NCBI RefSeq assembly: GCF_006345805.1
Contig: NC_042997.1
Location: 206,212,001 to 206,276,000, forward strand
Origin: Octopus sinensis
Lineage: Eukaryota
Length of the DNA: 64,000 bases
Direction: 5' to 3'
This document shows, one piece after another, positions 1 to 12,774 of this stretch; position 1 is the first letter of the stretch, and every line of letters begins with the position of its first letter. The notes under the pieces were generated by a model. That model saw only the letters and a list, made by a program, of their open reading frames with translations, had not been told where the DNA came from and ran no database searches. The translations under genes were made by a program, and so were the position numbers.

Positions 1-250
1 CATAATAAAAAAGAATACTGATGGAATGTTCTGGTGAAAACCTCAATAAAATGTAAACACGACAGACCTGATATAATGATTTGGGATAGAGAAGAGAAAC
101 TGTGCACAGTTGTAGAAATCAGCTACACAGCGGACATTTACATAAAACTGAAGATCAGTGAAAAAGAGGATATTTACACTGGACTATTGAGAAATCTGTA
201 GTTACTCTATCTGATTACAAGTTCAGGTTTATACCTGTAATTATTGGTTA
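1..250 (+). mobile_element. R4/Dong-clade non-LTR retrotransposon 3' fragment (restriction-like endonuclease)
   Basis: HDRPDIMIWDREEKLCTVVEIS...KISEKEDIY, a PD-(D/E)xK motif; same family as 17694-18239. Confidence 0.8.
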
Positions 251-251
251 C

Positions 252-847
252 CTATAAATGCTTATCAATATAGGATTCCATTATTCTATATTATCAAATT
301 ATTCTATTTTATCATTATTCTATATTATCTATACTTTGATAATATAGAATAATGGAATCCTATATTTGGAATACAAGACAATATAATGGATTTTACACAT
401 AACTATTATGGATTATTACAGAAGACTAACCAAGGAAGTATATATGGATTTAAAGACTCATACTAAAGTGTATTTATGTATTTACCAAAATCAAAAGCAG
501 CAATTTTTAATTTTAATTTAAATTTCAAACAAACACCATTTTATAGTATTACTTCAAATTTAAAAAAAACTACCATTCGAAATGCTATACAAAATTCAAA
601 TTTTATATCTTTGAAGAGCAAAGGAGTTGTCTATAAATGCTTATCAATATAGGATTCCATTATAGGGACAACTCTTCTGTGAAACGATCGTAAAATGCTT
701 TAAATACTTAATTCAAAACTTTTAAACTGTCATTATTATATATTTATACTTATACATATATTTTTATATATATTTATATTTTTAATACAACAATTATTTT
801 ACACATGTATACATCTTTCTGAAGAATTTTCTAATATTGATTTCCTG
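252..847 (+). mobile_element. Penelope-like pseudo-LTR or retrozyme-like repeat unit
   Basis: Direct repeat ctataaatgcttatcaatataggattccattat at 252 and 631; 28-bp inverted repeat (271-298/336-363); hammerhead at 605-697; second core start at 812-825. Confidence 0.45.
605..697 (+). ncRNA. Decayed type I hammerhead with a long stem II
   Basis: UUGAAGA (C3U) at 611-617; stem II includes GAGUUGUC/GACAACUC; GAAAC-GAUC-GUA at 681-692. Confidence 0.55.
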
Positions 848-880
<33 letters not shown>

Positions 881-949
881 TATTATAAAATATATATTAT
901 TGGGACCCTGGGATATGTAACACACTATCTAAATACCAATCTTGAGAGA

Positions 950-3140
950 TTATCATCATCACTTAACGTCCACTTTCCATACTGGCATGGGTTGGATGGT
1001 TTGACTGAGGTCTGGAGAGCCAGCGACTGCACCCAGTTCCAATCTGATTTGGCAATGTTTCTACAGCTGGATGCCCTTCCTAATACCAACCACTCTGTGA
1101 GTGTAGTGGGTGCTTTTCACATGTCACTGGCACAAGAGCCATTCAGCAGGTACTGACATTAGTAACGATTGGTTGATGCCTTTTGCATGGGGGGCAGTTA
1201 TTCGGACCTGGCATCGACAACGTTTGGATGGTGCTTTTTACGTGCCACTGGCACGGGAGCCAGTCAGGCGAACCTGGAATCGACCAACTTTGGATGGTCC
1301 TTTATATGCTACTTGCATGGGAGCCAGCCAGGGGCACCGGCCCTAGCTATATTGCTTTTACTTGGCTCAACAGGTCTTCTCAAGCATATCATATCTCCCG
1401 ATGCATCAGGGGTATTCTTAACAGGGCTGGGCATGTGTGGTTGCCATCTCACTTTAGTTGCCGGGTCTCCTCAATCACAACACACCTCCAAAGGTCCCAG
1501 TCTCCTGTCATTGCCTGTGAGGCTTAATGTTTGAAAGTCATGCTTTATCGCCTCATCCCATGTCTTCCTGGGTCTACCTCTTCTACATGTTCCTTCTACA
1601 GGTAGGGAGTGGCACTTCTTCACAGTCTTCATTCATATATAACGCATGACCATACCAGCGCAGTTGTTTCTCTTGCACACCACATTTGAAGCTTCTTATG
1701 CCCAAATTTCCTTTCAGGGCGCTTACACTCTGTTGTGTATACACACTGACATTACACATCAAGCTATTCTTACTCTAGTCGCTACACCTCTGCTACAGAC
1801 TTGGTCACCTAGGTAGCAGAAGCTATTAACTACTTCTAGTGTTTCCCCTGGCATGTGTTGGAATCTGTTATTTGTCCCTCTTCAGTGGTCATTGCCACTG
1901 AGCATTTGCCACACACAAAAACTATCTTCCCATTTAACCTTCCTTTGCTATTTCCACACCTTTTATGTGTTCATAGCTTACACTGGGTACATTGTATGGT
2001 TTCTACTCACACCTTTTCTACAGATAAAGCAGGGTCATCTACCCAAAGGGGTTTGTGATTTGACAGCCTTCCTGCTTACTAAGACTTTGGTTTTTGCTAG
2101 GTTAACCCTAAGGCTCTCTGATTCTAGATGTTGCTTCTACACCCTAAACTTCGTCTCCAGTTCTGGCAGTGACTCAGCTATTAGAGCCAGGTCATCAGCA
2201 TAGAGGAGCTCCCAGGGGCAGCCTGTCATGAATTCCTCTGTTATTGCCTAGAGGACTATAATGAATAAGAGGGGGCTGAGGGCTGATCCTTGGTGAACAC
2301 CTACTTCTACTCAAAATTCTTCTCTATACTCATTGCCAACCCTCACCTTACTGACAGCAGCCCTGTACAGGGCTTGTACAGCTCTTACCATCCACTCATC
2401 TATCCCTAGTTTCCACATTGACCACCAGATAAGGGATCAGGGGACCCTGTCAAAAGCTTTCTCCAGGTCAACAAAAGCCAAGTACAGAGGTTTATCTTTG
2501 GCAAGATATTTCTCCTGCATTTGCCTTACCAGAAATGTAGCATCAGTGGTGCTTCTCTCTGGCACAAAACCAAACTGCATCTCATCTAGACTAACTCTCT
2601 CCCTAATTAGTTGGGCTATGACCCTCTCTGTAACTTTCATCACCTGATCAAATAATTTGATACCCCTGTAGTTATTCCTATCTAATGCATCATGTTTACC
2701 AGTGTAGCAGTTGATTATGGCGCTGCTACACCAGTCATTGGGTATGACTCCTTCGTGAACTACCTGATTTACGATACAGGTGAAAGACCCTAACCCACAC
2801 CACCCCGATATTTGAAGCATCTCTGAAGTGATTCCTGATGGGCCAAGTGCTTTCCCTGTCTTCATATCCTCAATTGCTTTATCTCCCACGGTACTATCGA
2901 TTCAGGTAGCTGGTTCCTCTACTGGGTCAACCTTTGGTAGACTCTCCTTCCCATTCATTCTCCACATTCAACAGTCTTTCATAATGGCATCTCCAAGCCT
3001 CTTTCTTTGCAGAATCATTAAACGCAAGGGCACCTTCATCCATGAAGACACATTTCTCTCCTATGACATCACGGTTTTTCTCTCACAGACTGTCTTGCGA
3101 TCCAAAATACTTCAGTTCTCTGGACCTCGTGTCACTGAAC
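950..3140 (-). mobile_element. RTE-clade LINE (family A), degenerate, with 3'UTR and (GAT)n tail
   Basis: RT motifs NYRGIKL, QFGFVP, AFVDLEKAFDRVP, LLYADDL; tail at ~950. Confidence 0.9.
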
Positions 3141-3144
3141 ATTG

Positions 3145-4450
3145 GCAAACTTCTTCTTTTCTGCATCAGCAACCATGTATGGGTCTCAGAGCAACTCCCA
3201 GATGACTGGATCGAGAGCATCATCCTCCGCTTCCAGAAAAAAAAAAAAGAATGGCCACAAACTCATCAGCAGAGTCATCACTCTCTTCTCCATCTCAAGC
3301 AAGCTCTTCACCAGGATCCTTCTCAGCCATGCTTGTCCTGCCATTAGAAGTAGATTCTGCCTACATCAAGCCAGATTCATGCCAAATCGATTTACCCCCT
3401 ACTGTACTTTTGCCTTTGTCTCATCATTGAAAGATCTTGGTAGTTCTGCAAAGATTTGCCACCTCTACATCACCATCATCAACCACATATTCCACTGGAA
3501 AATCCTCAAGCTTGTTGGTACACTTCTCAAGATCACCGCCCTGTTCCAATGGCTCTATTGCAGTTCGGAGAGATGCATGTGGGTGAATGTGAAAGACTCT
3601 GACTTGCAAAGAGGACAGCATGGTCACTCTCAACTTCTTTGACTGTATCATTATTTATCTGATGATCAAGGTCTGTGAGTGGGTCTCTCGCATTACTTGA
3701 AGTATGTGGATGATACCATCCTATTCAACAACTCAGTTGACCAGCTCAGGGACACACTGACCAATTACAGAGATGAATCAACAAGGCTTGGACTTCACGT
3801 GAGTTGAGTGAAGACCAAGCTGATGCATGTCAGAGATGGCCTGGATCCTCCCCCACTCTACACCGGGCCTGATGCCATGGAGTTTGTTAGCTCCTTCATA
3901 TACCTGGGTTCTACAGTCACCAACAATGGAGATCTGACACTGGAGATTAACTGCAGATGTGGGCTTGCCACTGGGGTCATGTACTCCCTATAGAAGCCCC
4001 CTCCTGTGCTACTGCTCTATTTCCCAGAAGACAAAGCTCCACATCTACAATGCATCTGTCCTCTCCATTCTCCTCTGTGGAGCAGAAATGAGGCCCCTCT
4101 TGAAGACTTTGGCAAAGAGGATTGATGGCTTCAGAAGCAGAACCCTGAGAACCAATGAGAACACCAGATGTTACCTGCATGTTTCCAACAAAGACTTGCA
4201 TGCACTGTACAGGCATGTCCTCCATCTCCTATTAGATCATCCTACCAAAGTTTAACTCCCATTCAATGCAAGAGCTGCAGGCTGGAAAGGTCTGTGGCAG
4301 ACCCTGTACCAAATAGCTGAATATGGCTAAAGAAAATCTCCAGTGACTCAATGTTACCTTGGAAGATGTACAGTAGGGCTGGCACAGGACCACCAGCAAT
4401 GGGGGTGGGGAGTACTAATGAACCTGGTTGGCTCTACATATGATGATGTT
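3145..4450 (+). mobile_element. RTE-clade LINE fragment (different family)
   Basis: EFVSSFIYLGSTV...TKLHIYNASVLSILL; ends in tgatgatg. Confidence 0.75.
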
Positions 4451-5084
4451 CCTGGGGTCACTAATCTGGGATGACCTCACCCCCATCATACAAGATCACG
4501 AAGGGCAAGCAATTTTTGCAACATGGAAGTTAGACTATTCTGTAAAAAAACACTTTGAGAATTACCCTACATTTTCCATGATACTAGTTGAGAATTCCAA
4601 GAAAGATGGTGAAAGTAATGACAATAGTGTTCTGTATCCTAATAATACCCAGTATTAAACCACTAAGAGGGTGGCTGTTATCTGGTAATTTTACTCAAAA
4701 ATGGTAAGCATGAATACTCCACTGGTTTTTTCACCAATTGTGTCTGATAAGCATTTAATGTGTACCAGATGGGCTCTGTCTGATCATGTGAACAAGGCTT
4801 TGGTAAGAAGGAAGAATTTTTTCATCTTAAAATCACATTTCCAAAATCAGAGGGCAATGTCTACCATGCCATAAATAAGTTTATGTTTTATTTTTTTAAA
4901 TACAATATAGAATATTAAGTTTTAACAAGATTTGAACTTGCAGCCTTTATTTTATTTTAAGCAATAATTATTTCTGATGTAAAAAAGAAAAGATCGAAAA
5001 TGTTAACATAACATGATGATACAGTGCAAATAATTCACAAAATTTTATGTTCAATAGTTTTAGTGTTACAAATTTGACCCCCTT

Positions 5085-5398
5085 TGCTCATAAATGACCA
5101 TGGGACTGCACTTAGAAAGTTCTCCTCCAATGCACAAATCTGAACAAAACTGCTTACGAAAGACCAGCAGTCACCCATCAGTACCAGCCTCCCTCTTCCA
5201 TGTCACTAATGTTATCCAAGAGAAAAGCAAAGGTTGACACAGCTTGGCACCAGTGACATTGCAACTCATTTCTACAGCTGAGTGGAGTGGAGCAACATGA
5301 AATAAAATGTTTTGCTGAAGAATACAACACACAGCCCAGACCAGGAATTGAACTCACTACCTCGTGTTTGGGAGCCCAATGTTCTAACCACTGAGCCA
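5085..5398 (-). mobile_element. tRNA-derived SINE with CORE-like centre
   Basis: A box GGCTCAGTGGTTAG, B box GTTCAATTCC, then ttcagcaaaacatttt..ctcagctgtagaaatgag. Confidence 0.7.
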
Positions 5399-5435
5399 TT
5401 ACAAATTTGAATAGTTTTAGTGTTAAAAATCTGAA

Positions 5436-6278
5436 TATGAGGTGTAGTCAAAAAATATCCAAAAAATAAGTATTATTAAAAGATTCACCATTTTGATTTC
5501 GTCCCCTTCAAAGTATTTGCCTTGGGAGTCTACATACTTCAGCCAGTGTTCCTGCTACTGCCGGAAACATTTCTGGAAACCACTTTTGAGGATTCCGTAG
5601 AGCTGTGATGTTGAATTTTGTTTAATGTCTTCTGTTGACTCAAATCTTCCCTCTTTGAATGTTATTTTGAGCTTTGGGAACAGCGAAAAGTCACACAGAG
5701 CCAAGTCTGGGAAGTAGGAAGCCTGATGAACAAGTGGTGTGTTTTGCTTGATGCTTGGACGATGTAGGTAGAAGGAGTGGGTGCATTGTCATGTTGGAGT
5801 TGTCAGTTCTTTGCTGCCCACAGGTCGGGTTGTTTTTGTCACACAGTTTCACAAAGGTGATGAAGAATACCCACGTAGTATTCTTTGTTAATTGTCTGAC
5901 CTTGTGGTGCATATTCATGGCTCACTGTCCACTGAGGTGCAGCCATCTTTGAACTGGCTGAACCATTCCTTCATTTGTGTTTTCCCCCTGGCATCATCTC
6001 CAAACACCTGAATCTTCTCGATAGTTTGGGCTGGCGTATCACCAAGTTTTGGGCAGAATTTGATTGAGTATCTTTGCTCAATGCTCTCAGTTATCTTCAC
6101 TCAAAAAAGGAAAGTCACACAGCACACTCTCCACGTCTGTACTCAATGTGTCACTGCAGGCATGAAAGTTTTTGCACATGCTCATGAAGGACATGGTTAC
6201 TTAACCATATGGATTTTGCTCACACATAATTATTTTGTGCAAAAACAATCAAGGTCAGATACTGTTGATTACATGTAG
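5436..6278 (-). mobile_element. Internally deleted mariner element
   Basis: EQRYSIKFCPKLG...EWFSQFKDG N-terminus and PDLA/DFF.FPKLK-type C-terminus; TA-flanked TIR-like end tgaggtgtagtcaaaaaatat. Confidence 0.8.
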
Positions 6279-6353
6279 TTTTAGTGTGACAAGTCTGCAT
6301 AGTTTCAGCGTATACAAATTTGAATAGTTTTAGTGTTACGAAAGACTTCATTT

Positions 6354-6619
6354 TCAAACAGAGAATGTAATCAAATAATTAGGATATGCCTGAAAGTCAT
6401 GGAAAACAACATAAATCCTGGGTCTTTGAATATCATCAACAGCAGAATTGTAAGAATCCTGTAAAACTTTTAATCTCCGGTGTCCTTGCATCATTCTTCC
6501 CACAAGAACACTGCATTTGTATATTCTCTTTGTTTTGTTAGCGTCAGGAACAGAATATTTATCATTTGCAGAATAACGGATGCGTCTGGCAAAATAAACT
6601 CCATTCCCAAATGCGGTGG
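6354..6619 (-). CDS. PARP14: PARP14/15-like, terminal coding exon (C-terminal half of the ART catalytic domain)
   Basis: Acceptor tttatttttag|CC (phase 1). Translates (A)TAFGNGVYFARRIRYSANDKYSVPDANKTKRIYKCSVLVGRMMQGHRRLKVLQDSYNSAVDDIQRPRIYVVFHDFQAYPNYLITFSV*, stop TGA at 6354-6356. GVYFA and QAYPxYLITF are macro-PARP signatures. Missed by the ORF track. The symbol means family-like, not proven orthology. Confidence 0.95.
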
Positions 6620-6859
6620 CTAAAAATAAAGAAAGAAAAAAAAGATAAATATATAAGCAAAGTAGCTAGTTGTAAAATCTCAATAAAGGGTGAGAGTAGT
6701 AACTACAAGTAAAGTTATATACAGGGTACAGGCTGCACTTATAACCAGCTGGCAGATCTACCTAGGGTTAAAACAGTAGTAACACTGAATATTCAGTTTT
6801 TGGTTATTTTCTCTTATTCCTTTCTGTTGAAGAGTGTAGGCTCAAAATGTCCAAATTCA

Positions 6860-9120
6860 TCAACATCATCGTCATCATTTAATGTCCGTTGTCCATGCTG
6901 GCATGAGTCAGATGGTTTGACCAGGGCTGGCATGGTGGAAGGCTGCACCAGACTCCAGTCTGATTTGGCATGGTTTTTACTGCTGGACACCCTTCCTAAC
7001 ACTAACTACTCCGAAAGTGTAATGGGTGTTTTTTCAAGTCATCAACACGGGTGCAATTTACATGACACCAGTATCTGCCACGACTGTGGTTTTATCTGGC
7101 TTGATGGGTCTTCTTCTCAAGTGCAACATAATGCCAAAGGTGTCAGTCATTGCCTCTGTAAGGCCCAACACTTGGAAGGTGCTTTTGTGCCACCAGCATG
7201 GGTGCCATTTGCATGGTATCAGTATCTGCCACAACTGCGATTTCACTTGGCTTGATGATTCTTCTTCTCAAGCACATCATAAGGACAAAGGTCTTCATCA
7301 CTGCCTCTGTGAGGCCCAACACTCAAAAGGTGCTCTTTGTGTGCCACTAGCATGGGTGCCAATTAAATGACACCAGCATCAGCCACAACTGATTTCACTT
7401 GGCTTGACAGGTCTTCTCAAACACAGCCTTTTGCCAAAGCTCTCAGTCACTAGTCATTGCTTCTGTAAGGCCCAAAGTTTGAAGATCATGCTTCACTATC
7501 TCATCCCATGTCATCTTGGGGTCTACCTCTACCACAGAGATCAGCACTTCTTTACATGGCTGTCCTCGTCCAAACACATCACATGACCATACCAGTGCAT
7601 TCATCTCTCTTGTACATCACATCTGATGCCTCTTATGCCTAACTTTTCTCTCAAGATGTTTACATACTGTCGAACATGCACACTGACTTTGCACATCCAG
7701 TGCAATGTCATCAAGCCTACACATTTCCTTGGGTGTCACAGCCCATGTTTCACTGCCATGTAGCATAGCTGTTCATACACTGGCATCATACAATCTGCCT
7801 TTCACTGTGAGGGAGAGGCCTTTTGTTGTGAGCACGGATAGGAGCTGTCTGAACTTTGCCCATCTTAATGTTATTCTCAGAGCATCCATCTTTGCTACTA
7901 ACTTGGTTACCTAGGTAACAGAAGCAATCTACTACCTCTAGCTTACTTCCATGGCAATTGATGGAGTCTATTTTCTGTACGTTTTCAGTGTTTATTGTAC
8001 GAGTGCATCTTCCACATACAAAAGCTGTTTTACCTGTTAACCTTCCTCTGATATTGCTGCACCTTTTATGTGTCCAAAGGTTAGATTAACTCTTATGGCC
8101 CTTTGATTCTAGATCTTGCTTCTATACCTGGAACTTCTGTAGTTCTGGTAGTGATTCAGCTATAAGAGCAAGGTCATCGGCATAGAGGAGTTACCAGGGA
8201 CAGCCTGTGTTTAATTCCTCTGATATTGTCTGGAGGACTATGAGGAACAAGAGAAAGCTTAGGATAAATCCTTGGTAAACCCCTACTTCTACCCTGAATT
8301 CTTCACTGTACTCGTTGCCCACCTTCACCTTACTGGTAGCATCTCTGTACGTGGTTTATACAACTCTCACCAACCACTCATCTATTCCTAGTTTCTGCAT
8401 TGACCACCAGATAACAGATCGGGGGACTCTGTCAAAGGCTTTCTCCAAGTCAACAAAAGCCAAGTACAGAGGTATTTGGCTAGGTATTTCTCCTGCAGTT
8501 GCCTTACCAGAAATTTAGCATCAGTGGTGCTTCTACCTTGCACAAAGCCAAACTGCATCTCATCTAGACTAACTCTCTCCCTGATTAGTTGGGTTATAAC
8601 TCTTTCCTCAACTTTCATCACTTGAACCAACAATTTGATACTTCTGTAATTATTCCTATTTAATGGTTTCTTTATTACCCACAAGGGGCTAAACACAGAG
8701 GGAACAAACAAGGACAGATAAATGGATTAAGACGATTATATCGACCCCAGTGCTTAACTGGTACTTAATTTATCGACCCCGAAAGGATGAAAGGCAAAGT
8801 CGACCTTGGCGGAATTTGAACTCAGAATGTAGCAGCAGACGAAATATGGCTACGCATTTTGCCCGGCGTGCTAACGTTTCTGCCAGCTCGCCGCCTTATT
8901 ATTCCTATGTAATATGTCACCTTTACCTTTGTAGCAGTTGACTATAGTGCTGCTACACCAGTCATTGGGTATGGCTCCTTCATGGACCAACTGATTGACT
9001 ATATGGGTGACTAGACCATAACCTACACCACCAGATGTTTGAAGCATCTCTGCAGTGATTCCTGAAGGGCTGGGGGGGGGGCTTTCCCTGTCTTCATGTC
9101 TTTAATTGCTTTATCTACCA
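6860..9120 (-). mobile_element. RTE family A copy, interrupted by a SINE at ~8665-8916
   Basis: RT motifs, 3'UTR repeats, (CAT)n tail at 6860. The SINE is flanked by tattcctat duplications. Confidence 0.88.
8665..8916 (-). mobile_element. tRNA-derived SINE, type 1 (gtcgactttgcctttcatcctttcggggtcg family)
   Basis: Other copies at 22385-22625 (+), 32630-32825 (+) and 62150-62370 (+, degenerate). Confidence 0.8.
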
Positions 9121-9769
9121 AGAGACATATGTTGATCAGATCCCTTTAAACAACCAAGTGGCAACATGTAAGTAGAAAATGTTTATAATATTTCCATTCT
9201 GTAAACTATACAACACAAGTAAACTTGAGAGAAAAGTCAGAGAAAAGAATTCTATTGATAAATTCGAACCTGTTTTAAATGGACAGTTATAGTAATGGTG
9301 ATAATTATAATGATGATGCTGATAATAATAATAAATAGTACTGCTGCAGCCACTGATACCACCACTACCACCTCTAACAACAACAAAAAAAAAAAGGTGA
9401 TGATTAGGATGGTAGTAGCACTGAGCATATGACCATAGACTAAATTGAAATGTAAATATTTCTGGAATAATAACAAAAGAATTCAATGAAAACAAGAATG
9501 TTGTTTACAACATTACAAAATATAGCCAAACAATTATTCCTTTAGGTGCAGTCAAAGTAAAGAATCTTTGATGTACCTACCAAGCTGTGACATCTAAGCC
9601 ACATACTGATAGGTCAAAATACTATTAGAATGTAGTTGGTGCACCCACCAAACTGTGACATTGAAGCCACATGCTGATTGGTCATAATACAGCTCATAAG
9701 ATTCAACCTGCTGCAGCCTTTTGCTGGGTATTTAAAAGATAAATCTAAGCATTTCACTAGAGCTGTCAA

Positions 9770-11252
9770 TTGTGGAACATGCCTTAGACACAAATAATTA
9801 CAGAGGCATCGGATTGCTGGATCAAATGGTGAAAGTCACAGAAAGTGTCACACCTCAATTAATCAGGAAGAGAGTTAGCATAGATGAAATGCAGTTTGGA
9901 TTTGTGCCAGGAAAGATCACGACTGATGCCATATTCCTGGTTAGGCAACTGCAGAAGTATTTAATCAAAATTAAACTTCTGTACCTGGATTTTGTCTGCT
10001 TCCTTATCTGGTGGTCAATGAGGGAGCTCAGGGCAGATAAGTGGTTGGTGAGAGCTGTACAAGCCATGTACAGTGAAACTGTCAGTAAGATGAAAGTTAG
10101 CAATAAATATAACAAGGAATTCAGACAACAAGTTGGAGTTCATCAAGGATCAGTCCTCAGCCCCCGTTTGCACATCATAGTCCTCCAGGCAATAACAGAA
10201 GAATTTAAGACAGGCTGCCCCTGGGATCTCCTCTATACTGATGACCTTGCTCTTATAGCTGAATCACTACCAGAACTAGAGAAGAAATTTCAGGTGTGGA
10301 AACAAGGACTAGAATCAAATTAACTTAGCAAAACTAAAGTCTTAGTAAGTAGGGGAGCAGACAAATTACAATTTTTTTCTGGTTGATAGCCCTGCTCTAT
10401 CCATAGAAGAGGCATAGGTAGAAATTCCATAAGATGTACAGAGTGTAAGCTATGGACTCATAAAAGGTGCAGCAATATCAGAGAATGATTAAAACAGAGA
10501 AAATATCTTTTGTGTGTGAAAAGTGGAAAAGTACAATAAACACTAAAAATATACAGAAAATAGACTCCATCACATGCCAGTGGGGGAAGCTAGAAGAAGT
10601 TGATAACTTCCGTTACCTAGGTGACCAAGTCAGTAGCGGAGTTGGATGCTCTGAGAGCATAGTTGTGAGAATAAGAATAGGCTGAGCAAAGTTCATAGAG
10701 CTCCTACATCTGCTGACAACAAAGGGCCTCTCTCTCTCTCTCAGAGTGAAAGGCAGATTGATGCCTGTATGCAAACAGCTGTGCTGCATGGCAGTAAAAC
10801 ATGGGCTGTGACAGCTGAGGACATGTGTAGGCTTGAAAGAAATGAAGCTAGCATGATCCGTTGGATGTGCAATATCAGTGTGCATGTTCGACAGAGTGTA
10901 AGTATCTTGAGGGAAAAGTTGGGCATAAGAGGAATCAGATGTGGTGTACAAGAGAGACGACTGTGCTGGTATGGTCATGTGATGCGTTTGGACAAGAACA
11001 GCTGTGTAAAAAAGTGGCAAACTCTAACTGTGGAGGGAACCTGTGGTAGAGGTAGACCCAAGAAGACATAAGATGAGGTGGTGAAGCATGATCTTCGAAC
11101 TTTGGGCCTCACAGAGGTAATGACTAACGACCGAGACCTTTGGTCTTCCTCTGTCCTCTCTGTGTGAGAAAGGATTCTAAACAGCAATCAATGTGGAGAG
11201 TGACTGTCCAGCTCAGGACAATAGGAAGGGTGGGTAGATGATGATGATGATG
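9770..11252 (+). mobile_element. RTE family A copy in a PARP intron
   Basis: NYRGIGLL, QFGFVP, LLYTDDL; (GAT)n tail ends ~20 bp from the 11271 donor. Confidence 0.9.
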
Positions 11253-11271
11253 TTGATTATAATATACTTAC

Positions 11272-11449
11272 CGTTTTTACCACAATAGCTACGGTTGAAT
11301 CCTGATTTATTTATTCCATCAATAGATCCTTCAGCAGTACCATGCCAAAGGCCATCAACTTCATTTGTAATGTTTGGATTTTCTACCTCAAATTTTCTTT
11401 TCAATGCTTGGTATCCCTGGTACAATGTTTTATTTTGAATTCTCTCAAT
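11272..11449 (-). CDS. PARP14: PARP14/15-like exon (N-terminal half of the ART domain, HGT motif)
   Basis: ttttctacag|ATT ... AAC G|gtaagt; 178 nt, phase 0 to 1. IERIQNKTLYQGYQALKRKFEVENPNITNEVDGLWHGTAEGSIDGINKSGFNRSYCGKN joins the 6619 exon in frame. Confidence 0.95.
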
Positions 11450-11559
11450 CTGTAGAAAAGGAAAATACATTTATGAAAAAACAATCAGTTCACTTCTTTG
11501 ACAAGGAAATAACGTTTGTGGTGAAATCCACCAACCTTATCTGCTTTTGGTTTTATTTG

Positions 11560-12053
11560 ATACCAAATGTTGTGTAGTGGCTAGAATAAAAATGGGTTGG
11601 CCAAAGCTCAGAGCTAAACCTAATATTTCAAACTTTGTTTGTAACAAAGGGCCTTTCCCTCAGAATAAAGGCAGGTTGCATGATGCCTGTGTATGAATAG
11701 CTATGCGACATGGCAGTGAGACTTGGGCTGTGATGAAGTGGTGAGAAAGGATTTTCAGACGTTGGGCCTCACAGAGATGACAAGGAACCAAGACTTTGAC
11801 AGTTTGCTGAGCTAAGTAATATCATGGCCAACTATGCGTACAGGCACATCTTCTACATCCCTTTCTCAGCTGCGAGATCCTAATCTTGCAGGCTCATGTG
11901 TGCTGGTGCCATGTAAAGTGGTTGTCATTAGAAAAGGCATCTAACTATAGAAACAATGCCAAAACAGACAAATGGAGCCTGGAGAGCCCTCAAGCTGGCT
12001 AACTCTTGTCAAACCAGCCAACCTATGCTAACAATGATGATGATGATGATGAC
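11560..12053 (+). mobile_element. Heavily deleted RTE family A fragment
   Basis: Residual KG..L.IKGRL/AM.HGSETW sequence, 3'UTR and (GAT)n tail. Confidence 0.7.
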
Positions 12054-12133
12054 AATAAGCCATCCAAAATAGGTTGATGTAATGAGATTTAAATCTTTTA
12101 TACAAACAATAAATAGAAGTAGAAAATACAAAC

Positions 12134-12267
12134 TTTGATTATACGATAGGAAGGCAAATTCCGACTGAAAGTGGCCTGGATGTCATCATATTCTGGTCCA
12201 TTTTTGACTGGAACAATTTTAATTAATTCCCCATCTTCCATTGGTGACCATGTATCTGGGATTGGTT
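12134..12267 (-). CDS. PARP14: PARP14/15-like exon (WWE-to-ART linker and start of ART domain)
   Basis: gaactttag|AA ... ATC AAA|gtttgt; 134 nt, phase 1 to 0. PIPDTWSPMEDGELIKIVPVKNGPEYDDIQATFSRNLPSYRIIK runs directly into IERIQN. Confidence 0.92.
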
Positions 12268-12597
12268 CTAAAGTTCAAACAGAAATCAAATATTTCAGAA
12301 TTAAAATAAAATTATGAACCCTTTCTGTTGAAAGTTTAAAAAAAAAACAATGCAGGAATATTTTGACTAATTTTGGGGTTTAGACAACAAATATTGAAAT
12401 ATAAAACACAGCACTGTAGTCTAGTAATAGTTGTAGTGGGGGTGTTGGTGAGATAATGGTTGTGATGGTGGTGGTGCTAGTGGGTGTGGTGATGAACTCC
12501 TACCAAAGCAGACATTAGAGCACTGACATCAAACCATCCAACCCATTTCTGGCATGGAAAACAGATGTTAAAAGATTATGATGATGATGATGGCCTC

Positions 12598-12648
<51 letters not shown>

Positions 12649-12774
12649 GTGTGTGTGTGTGTATATAAATGTATGTATGTATGTATGTATGCATGTATGT
12701 ATATATATATGTATATGTATATATATATGTGTGTGTGTTTGTGTGTGTGTGTGAGTGTGTGTGTGTGTACACAT

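Noticed and set aside
5340-5398. tRNA gene (and other A/B-box sequences)
   Set aside because: No full cloverleaf; each continues into a SINE body.
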